Assembly (NCBI RefSeq): GCF_016433145.1
Contig: NC_058130.1
Coordinates: forward strand, 801,137,137 to 801,200,652
Length of the DNA: 63,516 nucleotides
Direction: 5' to 3'
Origin: Gracilinanus agilis
Lineage: Eukaryota
How positions within the stretch are numbered: the stretch's first letter is position 1; every line of letters begins with the position of its first letter. A program made the position numbers and the translations under genes. Below, one piece after another: positions 1 through 17,800 of the stretch. The notes under the pieces were generated by a model, which saw only the letters and a program-made list of their open reading frames with translations, was not told the DNA's origin and searched no databases.

Positions 1-195
1 CCCCCCAGCCTGAGCCCCGGCCTTGGGCAGCCGCAGGAAGAACACCCCCCCCCCATGGCCCCAGGTTCCAGAGCCCTGTGCAGGGGGGCCTGCCCGGATG
101 CCTTCTGGCTCTTCAGAGTTCAGCCATTTCAGGCGTGGCAGACCCTCAGTGGCCCCTTCGGGGAGTCGTTTGTCACTTCCTTCTCCCCATTCATT

Positions 196-310
196 TGACA
201 TAGTAGGACACTGAGGCAAACCAGGTTAAGTGACTTGCCTAGGGTCACGCAGCCAGGCAGTGTCTGAGCCTGGATTTGAACTTAGAAAGAGGAGTCTCCA
301 GGCCTGGCAC
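196..310. mobile_element. MIR/MAR-type SINE fragment
   Basis: Core motif ctgaggc...gttaagtgacttgcctagggtcacgcagc...ggatttgaact. Further degraded copies lie near 755-860, 3625-3690, 9140-9240 and 14905-15010. Confidence 0.7.
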
Positions 311-2178
311 TCTGTCCTCTGTGCCACATAGCCATGCCATCTGGGCACGTATGAACTAATGATCAGCATGGCATCTGGGCAGCCTTGTGTGCTTCTCCAG
401 CATGGAGAGATGATCCCACAGGCCTTTGCCCTCCTTTCCTCCCCCCCCCCCCCCCGACACTGGCCCTGGGGCTCCCCGGCGGCCTTCAGCATTCATGGGA
501 GACCTCATTGGCAAGGGCAGGGAGAGCCACGAGGCACAAGAGAGCTTCCTCTTCCTCCAGGCACTTCTGGGGGACAGCTGAGGCTCTTCAGCTCGCACTC
601 GCCTCCCCTCGGGGCTCTCTGCCTCCAGCCTCCATCTCCCGCCTCCATGCTTTTGCCCTGCCGCCCTCCATCCTCCTTGGCTCAGTCTCTGTCTTCTCTG
701 GGAAGCCTCTCCTGCTCTTCCCTCCTTAAAGGAACTACCTAATTATTAGCAGCAGAGAACGTGCTGGGCCCCGAGTTCAAATGGTGCCTCTCTTGCTGCT
801 CACTAGCCCCGTAAGCCAAGGCAAGTCGCTTAGCTATTGTCAGCCTCAGTTTCCTCCTCTGAACACAGGCCCCACAGTAGGAGCGCTTCGCCCCCAGCCC
901 CGTGGCGTGGACGCCCTGCACCCCCGGCCGCTGCAGGAGAGGTGCAGGCTGGGGCCGGGCAGTTCTTTTGGCCCCGTTGGGAGGCGATGAGGGCGCCTGC
1001 CCAGCAGCCAGGGGCCCCGCTGCGCCTCCCCCGGCTGGACCTCCCGTCCCAGCTCCTCTCCAGCCCGTGTTTGTGCGCTGGCCTGGCCGAGACCTCGTTC
1101 TGGGAAGCCTCGCGGTGGGGTTCTGCCAGCAGCCCCGGGGAGAGCCTGTGGCCGCTCCAAGGATGGAGGGGGGGAGCCGTCACCCACATTGATCCCTCGA
1201 ACCAGGGCAGGCCCCGAAATCGGGGAAAACGTCGTTAAAAAACTCGGACAGCCCCTGAGGGGGCATCGGGGCACAGCGGCGCTCCGTGGCCAGGCCTGTG
1301 GACTGCCCAGGAGCCCCCCTTCATCCCCGAGCGTCAGGTGTCGGAGGGCGAATGCCACCTGCGTGGACGCCCCCCATCTGGGCGTGGCTGCTGGCCGTGG
1401 GCTCTGCTTTCTTCCCCTCGACTATTTCTTTATGTCAGGGATCCCTCAGAGCCCGTGGACGTGCCCCAGGTTCTGCCATTCGTCCCGGCTCCCAGACATT
1501 CTGGTTGCTTTTTCCACAAGAGATGGTTCTGCCGCCGCTGGCCTTGGTGTCAGGCTGATTCGGAGGCAGATGCCTCTGCAGAAAGGCCACCAGCTTGGGA
1601 GTGCGCCGCCAGGGGCTGAGGGTCTCTCTCTCTCTAGGTCCTTTCTGGCGAGCTCGTCAGGTTATGCCTCCGTGCGGCTCCGTCCCCTCTTGGGTTAAGA
1701 GCTCAGCCCTTCCTTCGGCTGCACGCGGTGGGAGGTGCCCACCTACGCCACTTCCTGCCAAGCTGCTCTGGGGGCGTGGGGGGCCGTCCTCTAGGAGTCC
1801 GCTTTGTTCTCGGCTTTCCTCGTCCTCGTGGGCCCTGGCTGTCTGGTCTGCCCCACTGATCGAATGTCTAGACACCGTGCTGGACGGAGCGGGCCGAGCT
1901 GCCCTGGGTGCGACTTTGGACACCAGCTGGGAGTCAGCCTGGGTCTAGACCAGCCCGGATCTCGGCCTTTGCCTTTCTGTGTAGCTGAAACAAAACCCTT
2001 CTTTTCCTCTGGGCCTCAGTCTCCCCATCCGCAAAAATGGAACGACGTTTGTCGTCCCCTCCCCCCACCCCAGAGTACAGGACGGGCCTGTAAGGATCAG
2101 CTAGTGGGCAGCAGACACTGGGGGCGCCAGAAGAGAGGCTGCGGCTCACAGGCACGTGTCCCTTTGGGGTCTTTCCAG

Positions 2179-8478
<6,300 letters not shown>

Positions 8479-11040
8479 CGGCCCTCGGCCCCCGCCCCCT
8501 GCCCGAGGTTGCCAGAAGAGGCTGGAGCCCCTGGGGGGAGGGGGCGCTTGGCGCTATGAGATCACCCATTTCCGGGGAGAGTCCAGAGGCCGGAAGCTTT
8601 GGCTCGCTCGGGCAGCCGGCCGCCTGCTGTGCCGGCCTCTCCGGCCTGGGCTTTGATGTAGAGCATTGCGGGGCTGTCGGCTGTGCCCGCGCAGCACTGG
8701 CCACCCCGCGGGGGCCCGGACGGGCCTGGGGAAGGCTGGGCCCTCTGTAGCGTGCTCCCCGCTGCTCCTTTGTACATAAAAGATGCTAGTCCAGCCCGGC
8801 CGCGCTCCCTCGTCTCTGTGTTTGAGGCGGCCCCGCTCGGCCCCCCCGGCGCCGCCCAGGCTGCAGAACTTCCATGGAACGGGGCGCCCCGGCATGCTCC
8901 CACCTTCCTCTTCCTCCGAGCCCCCTCCAGGAAGCAGGCGCTCTTTCTGCCCAGGCCTCTGGCGGCCCGCCTGGAGGCTGGGTGGGCCCGGCTTCTTCAG
9001 GGCCCCGAGCGGGGCCGGCCCGACTCAGACTAACAGCAAAGACCGCCAGTGCTTAGGGAGCCCCTTCAGCCCCCCGCAGCGTGCCGAGCGCTTTGCAGAG
9101 CTCTCACTGGAGCCTCACAGCTCTGCTAGGAGGTGCTGTTATTCCCCCATTTTACAGATGAGGAAACTGAGGCAGGCAGCGGGGGAGTGACTTGCCCAGG
9201 GCCACACAGCTAGCATGTAAACTTGGGTCCTCTGGACCCAGCAGGCCGGAGGCTGGCCGCAAGGGGAAGGGCCCTGGCGAGGGCACTGAGGCTGACCCGC
9301 CTGGCCGCTCCACAGACCCCTCCGGGGGGGGGGGGGGCGCAGGCTCTTCCCAGCAGCAGCCCGAGTGGCAGCCTAGCTGGGCCTCGCGCTGCAGGCCTGC
9401 CGGGGGGCTTGAGGAGAAATCCAGCTCTGAGAGGGCGCCCAGAGGCCTCCCTGGACCCCCGAAGGGGAGCTTCCCGAGTTCAGTCACAACCGTTCTGAGC
9501 CCCAGCAGGCACCCCAGGCCTGGAGAGGAGGGCTCGGAGGGCTTGCGGCCCGTCTCGGGGCTAGCGCAGGGTGGGGTGCGGCCCGGCTTCTCGCCCGCTT
9601 CTGTCGGCTGGCCATCGGATAGGCCCGACGAGCAGGCTGCCCGAGGCCTTGGTCTGGGGGGCGACGGGCTCTCGGGGTCGGCCCCATGGAAGGGGCCCAG
9701 GGCGGGAGCCGGGCACGGCCGGCCGGTCGACAACAGGCTCTTAGCCAGGGTTCTCCGAGGCCCCGGCTTGGCCCCGGGCAGCCAACGCTGAAAAGGAGCC
9801 CGGCCCGGCCCGGCCTCGAGAGCCTTCCTGCGGCATCACCTGCATCTGAACCAGCGGATCCTCGCGGGCCCCCAAGAGGCCGGAGCGGACGGAGCACCAG
9901 CCCTTCTCCTTCAGCTTGGGGATGGCAGTGCCAACGGGCCCGGGGCCGGGAGAGGAAAGGCCGCTTGGGAGCCTTGTGGCGAGGGCCTGGGCGGGAGAGG
10001 CCGAGGGGGCGGCCCTCCCAGCCACCCTCCTTGGTCCAGTCCAGCCGCTGCCACATGGCCGAAGGATGCGAGGCCAGCCTCGCCTCTGGGGTCCCAGCCC
10101 CCCAGAACTGCCCAGCATTCCCTGTGTGTAGATGGGGGGTGCCTCCCCGCGGGCATCCTTCTGGCCCCCCCAGCCCAGGAGAGGCTGGGAAGCGAGGAGG
10201 GCACTGGTAGGGGGACAGGTCTGCCCTCTGCTCCTCCTGTCCAGGGCTCAGCACGCGGGCTGACAGACAGGGAAATGGGCCGGGGGAGGGGGGGGAGCTG
10301 ACACTGGAACCCGAGCCTTGGGCCCTGCAGCCAGCCCAGGAAAAGGCGGGGGGAGCAGGGCCCCGGGCTGCTTGGCTCCTCGTGCCCTTTGGCACTCCAA
10401 GGGGGGGGCAGTGGCCCAGGTTCACGCTGGGTGGCGGCTGTGGCCTCGGGGTCTGCCCATTGAGTGGCTTGGCAGCAGCTCCCTTGGGTGGGCTCCCCTC
10501 TAAGAGAAAGGCGGCCACATGGCGGGCATGGGGGCCCTCAGGACACGGGGGCAGCTCCTGCAGCAGGTGCCTCCCCCCTCCTCTCCACATCACCGCCATC
10601 TGCAAACACTGAACCAGCCCCCGGAGCCCACTGCCAGGGCTCTGAAGGAAACCTGTCCAGGGCGTGGGTGCAGGGAGGGATGAAGCCTCCATGCCCGCTG
10701 GGCCTGCCAGCCCGGGGCCAGGGACCGCCCAGGCAGAAGGGGGCAGCGGCACCTTCTCGGGAGTGCTGGGGAAGCCGCCGAGGCAGACCCGAGCGAGGAG
10801 GAGCCTCCGGGGAGTCGGGCAGGGCACCGGCTCGGCAGCCGAGGCTTCCCTTGGTCAGCTTTGGCCGTCTCGGTCTGAGCCTGGTCGGCAGACAGTGCAA
10901 CCCAGTGGCTGGCGCTGCCTTCTGGGGGTCCCGTCACGGATTTCCCAGCTGGTGTCTCTCAGCCGGCCCCGGGAGCTGCGGGCAGGCCATTGGAGCTCAG
11001 CACTAAGGGTGGCCAAAGGAAGCACAAAGTCACTCAAGGG

Positions 11041-11046
11041 TTTATT
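11041..11046 (-). terminator. Probable polyadenylation signal (AATAAA on minus strand) of the SLC25A1-like gene
   Basis: TTTATT at 11041-11046 is the first canonical hexamer I found downstream of the stop, giving a 3'UTR of about 0.85 kb. Confidence 0.6.
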
Positions 11047-11885
11047 GAACCTTTTGGAAAGGGCGCAGAGCTAGAACTCGTGAATCCGGAACCGCCGAAG
11101 CCAGACGCGGGCAGCCCGGGAAGGCCTGGCCAGGAGCGATGGCGTCCTGCCCGAGGGGCCCACGGGGGACTCTGCCCTGGCCAGGGTGCCCACCAAGTGA
11201 CTCCGGGCCAGGGAGAGCCAAGGCAGAGGGTGGCGGAGTGCAGACCGTCTGCGGGAGGTGGAGATGTTCCGGGGGCTGCTTGGAGAGCCGGCACTGGCCC
11301 AGGCTCCCGCCCTCCCTCCCGCGGGAACCGTCTCCCTTGGAGCGTCCCCATGGCCCGGGTGGCCCTTGTGTCCCCCACAAAGGCTTCATCCCTCTCTTCC
11401 TCTGGCTGAAAGAGGAGGGGGATGAAGCTGATGGTGCCGCCCCGGCGCTGGCACAGAAAGGAGAGGGCCCAGGCGCGCCTGGCCGGGAAGCCCGGGGAGG
11501 AGGGCTTGGGCAGGCCTGGACTCCCATCAAAGGAGGCCCCAGTGGAGGCGGGGGCTGGAGCCCAGCGCCCATCCCCGAGGCAGCAGCGAGGCCTTCCTGG
11601 GCAGGAGAGCGGGAGCGGCATCAGGTCCGCTGGGCAGCGTCCCCTGGCGGAGACAAGGCCACCCCTGGAGCCCCGAGCTCACGGGCGCCACCGGGACCCT
11701 CCAGAGCACCCCCGGCCTGCCTCCTCCCGGCTCCCGACGTGCCCGCAAATCCTCGCCCCCAAAGGCCCACCTTCGAGGCCCAGGCCGCCTCTGGGGGGGT
11801 CCACGGGTCAGTCCCGGCTCAGCCCCCCCTTCCTGCGGCTCTCTGGGGCCTCCCACGACCGACCCACGTGCTGCTCACCGGCCGG

Positions 11886-14800
11886 TCACCAGATCAGGTT
11901 CAGAAATTTGACAATTTCGTCATACAGGACGAAGACGACGGCCACGTCCAGGCAGACCCTGACCAGGCGCGGAAGGGTTCCCTTGTAAAACCTGCCGAAG
12001 AGGAAGTGGGGGCAAAGGCAAAGGCCTCTGGAGAGGAAAGAGCCAGGGAGACCCGAGTGCAAATCCAGCCTCGGGCACCAGTCCCTGAAGCTCTGCTTGC
12101 CCGAGTGCCCTTCTCTGCGAGTCCGTCCCTCCAGGGTCCTGGGGAGGGTCACGGGAAATCCAGCAGGCACAGCACCTACGTCATCCCTCCTTGCTCCCTG
12201 CCATCCCTCAGGGCTGGTGTGCAGCTCCGGGAGCTCCCCTCTCCTCCCCTCCCGGATGCCAGAGAAGAACACGGAACATTTATCCAGTCTTTACTGTGTG
12301 CCTGGCACCGTGCCATTTGCTCTGCCTTTAGGAGCTCACTTGACCCTCCCAACAACGCTAGGAAGGAGGTGCTCTTATCTCCCTCAGTTAACAGATGAGG
12401 ACGCTGAGATGGACAGAGGTCCAGTGACTGGGCCAAGTTCCCACAGCTGGTGTCGGAGGCTGGATTTGAACTCGGGTCTCCCTGACTCCAAGGCTGGCCT
12501 ACTATCCACTGTGTCACCTAGTTCCCCCTGAAACTCCAAACTGTGGACCGGGGAGCCAGGGAGAAGTAATGGTCCCAGCTCGCCTGCACTCCACTCCCGG
12601 AAAGGGAGCCCCCAAACCCCAGCCCGGGCAGCAGGCTCAGGTGTGGGGGGGCCTCTGGTGGCTCTCTGGGCACTTGGACCTGAGGCAGCAGCAGAGAAGG
12701 CCAAGGCCCACTGCTGACTTTCAGGGTCAAATTATTCAAGCAAAATGTCTGGACAAGCCAAGACCTGGGCTCCCATGCCAGGGAAATCTCCCTGAGGGCT
12801 TAGGGTGGGCACATCTTAGGAAACTGTTGTACAGGCAGTGCCAGGGAGTTCTCGGTCACTTACGCCCTGACGCCCTCGTTTTTATAGACCTGGATGGCAC
12901 AATCCAATGTGTTTTTATACTTGGAGGCTTCCAGGCTCTGAAATGAAAGATTGGAGACCAGTGAGGGGCCTGCCTTTTGTTTTCTCTCCCTATCTCAGGC
13001 AGGCACTAAACATTTATTAAGGGCCTACTATGTGCCAGGCATTGTGCAGAATTCTGGGGTTACAGTGAGGAAAAGATTCCTGCCCTCAAGGTACTTACAT
13101 TCTAATGGGGCAAGACAACACCCAAAAGAAAGGCGAACATAGGTGCGGAGGGCACGAAGGTGCCCCACACAGGGAATCTGTCTATCCATCCATCTGTATG
13201 TTCATCCATGCGTCCATCGATCCATCTGTCCTTCCATCTATCCGTCCGTCCATTCATCCATCCATCTATACATTCATCCATCTAGCTAGCTACCTCTGTC
13301 CATCTATCTGTGTATCCATCTATCTATAGCTATATCTATATCTATATTTGTGTCTGTGTCAGTGTCTCTATCTGTGTCTATATCCATATCCATCCATCCA
13401 TCTATTCGTTCATGTGTCCTTCCATGACCAGGTCTTTCTACCTTGTCCAGCCTAGAAGTGCAGTGACACTCGCCAGTCCAGTCCCTCAGGACTTCTGGCC
13501 TGCTCCATTTCTCTGACCTAGACCAGGGTCCGGGTCCTTCAACCGCCTGGCGGCCACCCTACTCCAAGAGGCTCACCCTCTTGGGGCCAGACTGCATGCA
13601 GATATCTAGTGCAGCTCCAGAGATCAACCAGCCTCAGCTTCTGAGGCCTCCCCAAGGACTGATTGCCAGCACCCTGCGCCCCGCGGCAGGCGAGGCCTCC
13701 AAAGCACTTGGGTCCCTGCCCTTTGTGTCCATTCCTTTGGGAGCCGGGAGCGTGAGGTGCTTAGAGGAATTTTTTTTTTTTTTTATCCTGGGACTCCATT
13801 CTAGGAGCATAGGGCCACAACCAGTAGGCAATGGGTCACACAGTCGCTCAGGGTTGCCCAGCTGGGAAGTGTCTGAGCCCGGGTTTGAACCTGGGACCTT
13901 TCGTCTCTAGGCCTGGCTCTCCATCCACTGAGCTAGCCCAGCTGCCCCTACTTTAGGTTGCAGTTTCTTTAGTTTTACAGGGTGGGGTTGCTAGCCCCAC
14001 GCCCAACCCTCCTCCTTTTTCATCCGGGCTAGGGACCGTCCCTGGCCCAGGAGTGGTAAGGGTGGGCAGTAGGGGTCAAGTGACTTGCCCAAGGCTTAGA
14101 GGAATTAAGGGGGCACAACTCCTGCCCGAGAACAAGGCTTTCCACTTCAAGTGGGCTTCCTGCTGGTTTTCCCCCAACGAGCCATCAGGCAATGACTGAC
14201 CCCCCTGGCTTTGTTTTACCTGCATCCTTGTTTTTACCACATCAACTGGGGTGTTGCCAAAGACACTGGCTGCTCCTGCGGTGATCCCAAAGATAGCCGT
14301 GATGACGGGGTTCATCTTTTTCTGCGGATTATCATCTAATGGAGACATCAGAGAGAGTGCGAATGCTAGCCAGACCACTGGCCTCACTGGCCCAAGCAGG
14401 CCTTTTAGTCACTCTTCCTGTCCCGGAGCCCAGTTCCGGCCCGAATGCTTGCACCAAGGGAGAGAGGCTGGGGGTCTTCTAGAAGAGAAGAGAAGTGCCC
14501 TGGAGGGACCTGGGAGCCCAGTCTGGCTCTGGTCTGACCAGGGGCCTCCTTAATTGGCTGCCCCTGTTGCAGTGCCCTGGGGGAAGGGCTTGGTCAACCA
14601 GGTCAGCCTTACTCTGGGTTCTGCATCTGGTCTTGGCTTGATGTCTTCCTGCTCTGAGATATCTGGCGAGAGACAGTGCTGTAACGAGAGGGGCCTCGGA
14701 CCTGTGCTCTAGCAGGATCCAAGGCCTTCCTCCGCACCGCACCTGCCTCCCCTTCCCCAGCCGGTCCTCGAGGTTTCTACTCAGCCCAGAGTGAGCCGAC

Positions 14801-17800
14801 CAGAACTAGTGAGAGAATGTCTGTACGGTGGGAGCATCGGGTCTGACTCTTCATCACACCAGTCCTGTCTGGGGGGCTTCTTAGAGTGGTTCTTCAGTGG
14901 ATTAAGGCAAACAGAAGTTCAGTGACTCGCTCAGGGTCACACAGCTAGTAAGTGTCTGAGGTTTGATTTGAATTCAGGTCTTCCAGACTCTAGGCTCAGG
15001 CCAGCTAACTGCCTCCTCTGAGGCACCTTTTGGAGCCCAGCATCCTGATGCCACTCCCAGATGGGCAGGAGCACTAGTGGCCCTCTGGGGATGCTTGTGG
15101 GCATCTGGGCTCAGAGTTCATGGCCTTCCATTCCTTTTTAAATGGCCGGAAGCCTAGGCCTGGGCTATGGCCAGCTGGGCCCTAGCACTCACAACCCTGG
15201 CCTTGCCATCCGCCTCATGCTTCCCCCAAATACACTCCTCCTTCCTCCTTGCTCAGAATGATCTTCAGGTCGGTGTGACCATTGCTGCTAGGAGGGGCAT
15301 GGCTGACCAGCCCAAGCCAGCCTCCAAGGAGAGTCCCCGAGACTCTAGGTCGTGGCATCGCTCCCCGGTTTCTCCTGCCCTGTTCCTAGCCCACGATGCC
15401 CGACCCTTCTGTTGGGCCCTCTGGAGCCCCGTTCTCAGAAATCCCTCGTTCCACATGCCAGCTCCAGTCTTGGTGCAAATGATTTCCTCCAATAGGATTC
15501 TTCTTGAGAGATGGATTTGGCGAGCCAAAGGCAGGGGCAGCGTGTTCCAGGGGTCCAGTAGTCCGAGACAGGCCAGAAGAGGTGTCTGTGTTTGAGCCCC
15601 GAGGCCACCAGCAGGAAGCCAGGGGTTCTCAGCAGCGAGGCAGCAGGGAGGCCGATGGGGAAACGAGGACCGAGAGGGAAGGAGGAGCTGCAAGACTTGG
15701 CACCCAGCATGAAAGGGAGAGAGGAGAAGGAAAGAGGCTGGCTAAGGCTCCCATGCGTGAGGGGGAGTGAAGGCGGGAAGCCAGCCAGCCAGGCTTCGGA
15801 GGGGCTCTGACGAATTCCATTCAGGGCACGCCGAGTTTCCAGTGCCGGTGGGGCATCCAGGGGTCGGCCTAGTGCTGCATTTAGGGGAGAGCCGAGGGCT
15901 GGACAAACTGATGTGGGAGTCATTCTTCAGCTAATCATTGAATCCGTGGTGCAGAAACTGGGACCTTCTTGATACCAGGCCCACCCAATGCCCTGGTGAT
16001 GAAGCACCTCCTGGGTGCCAGGCGCTGGGCTACTTCTAGGGGTACAGAGAAAGGCAAAGGGGCCCCTGTGGTCCTAATGGGGCAGGCAGCCTGTCAGGAA
16101 GGGCATGAAGCAGGGCTCAGAGACGAGTCTGAGCCGAGCTTCCGGGCAGCAAAGGGCAAGAAGGGCAGGTCATGAAGAGCTTCCAAGGCCCCGCCAGGAG
16201 CCCCTGGAGATGCCAGAGAGTCGGGGAGAGGCCGAGGGCACCTGTGCCTTCAGGAGGATGACTTTGGCAGCCCGATGAGGTGGTGCCGCCTGCCTGGTCC
16301 AGGGGTGGGGGGGGCAGAGATGGGAGATGGGGGAGGCCCCCCTTTCTGTCTTCTGGCCCAGTGGACTTCAGGAAACAATGGTGGGGATCTGGGTGGTCCC
16401 TGACCAGAGGCTCCTGGGAAGGAGGCTCTGGCTTATCTCAAGCCCAGCACCCAGCCAAGAGTGGCCCTCAAAGGGCCTTGGCAATGGGGGGGGAGCGGAC
16501 ATAGAAGGGAAGAGGATCCAGAAGAAAAGGCGGGGCAGCCAGGAGGCCAGGGGGTGGCCCAGGCCCAGCCTGGGCTCTCTCAGGCAGGGGGAGGGAGCAG
16601 AAGGAGCCCTTCCGCTCTGGATGTCGGAGCTCAGCTCAGCCAGGGCTGGCTGGCTGGGGGGTTGGGTGGGGCAGGAGGGGCAGAGGGTCCTTGAGGAGCC
16701 AGGAGAGGGGCTCGAGACACTGTGTTCTGCCCTTCGCCCCCTGGGAATCCCAAGGGTTCGGCCTCAGGGCCTCGCCCCTTTCCCAAGATCCCCTCTGACC
16801 GTGCTCAAGGAGCCCCCAGACTCCCAGACTCCCCCCGGGGCCCAGGCCTGGCCATTACCTAGGTACCAGTTGCGGAGGGAGGTCATGGTGAAGAAGCGGA
16901 TGGCCTGGTTGGTTCCTTGCTTGATGATGGTGGCGGTGATGCCCTGGTAGATTCCGTGTAGGCCTGGGGCGGGGAGGGAAGGGCGTCCCCACACATCACT
17001 CTCGCTCCTCCCTCTCCTTCCCCTCCTCCACCTGAACGGGTCCCAGGATGCTGCCCCAGGCAGGGAGGACTGGGGCTGAGGCCCTGGCCTCGGGGGGCCC
17101 AGGGGCTCCAGAGGGGGCACCTCCGCAGACGGGGCCACAAGTACCTTGTTCCCGCACAATCTCCTGAACCCCATGAAAGAAGCCGCGGTACTTGGCTTTC
17201 CCCATCTTCTGATCATGAATAAATTTCACCTGGAGACGACCAAAGGGAAGATGGTCTTCCTGTGGCCAGACTCCGGGTGCCCCAGGCTGCCTCCCTCCGG
17301 TGCCAGGGCCCAGGGAGCCCGAGCCTCTCGCCTGGGGACAAACCCTTCTTCCTGGCACGGTTTCTAGGCAGCCCCATCACAGTTCTCCAGGCTGAGGCTG
17401 CCACCGTCTGCTGAGCCAAAGAACGTGAAGCTGGCACCAGGGGGCGGGTAGGCAGTGACACCACCCCCAGGCCTGTCCCGGGCCCTCGGACGGGAGGGAC
17501 TGGTTTCTCTCAGCCCAGAAAGCTGCGAGTTTCACCTAAAAACTAACCCAACCCCCCCCCCCCACCGGCCAAGGGCAGAGGCCTCTCTCCATTGACGGGG
17601 AGCCCGGGGAGACGTGCAGGAGAGACCGAGATGTAGGTGCGAGACGAGGGAGACAGAGAACAGACAGGCGGAGCACAGCTAGAGGAGGACGGAGACGTCC
17701 CCCCCCCACGGGGAGCTGGGGGAGTTCCTTGGCAGCTGGGGCTTCGCCTGGGCTCAGGATCAGGGTTGGTCCTTGCCCAGGCTCGGTGGCCGGCCGCCTC

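Noticed and set aside
9484-12398. Long ORFs in the GC-rich half (e.g. 9484-10827 -, 11139-12398 +, and many 200-300 aa ORFs)
   Set aside because: They are Pro/Gly/Arg/Ala-rich with no recognisable domain, as expected from stop-codon scarcity at high GC. Real coding sequence is explained by the spliced genes.
13960-14056. HDV-like ribozyme in the RTE-like segment of the composite SINE
   Set aside because: Some RTE 5'UTRs carry such ribozymes and complementary blocks exist (CTAGCCC/GGGCTAG, GGGTTG/CAACCC). However, I could not build P3/L3, P1.1 or J4/2, and one block is not conserved in the second copy. A covariance-model search would be needed.
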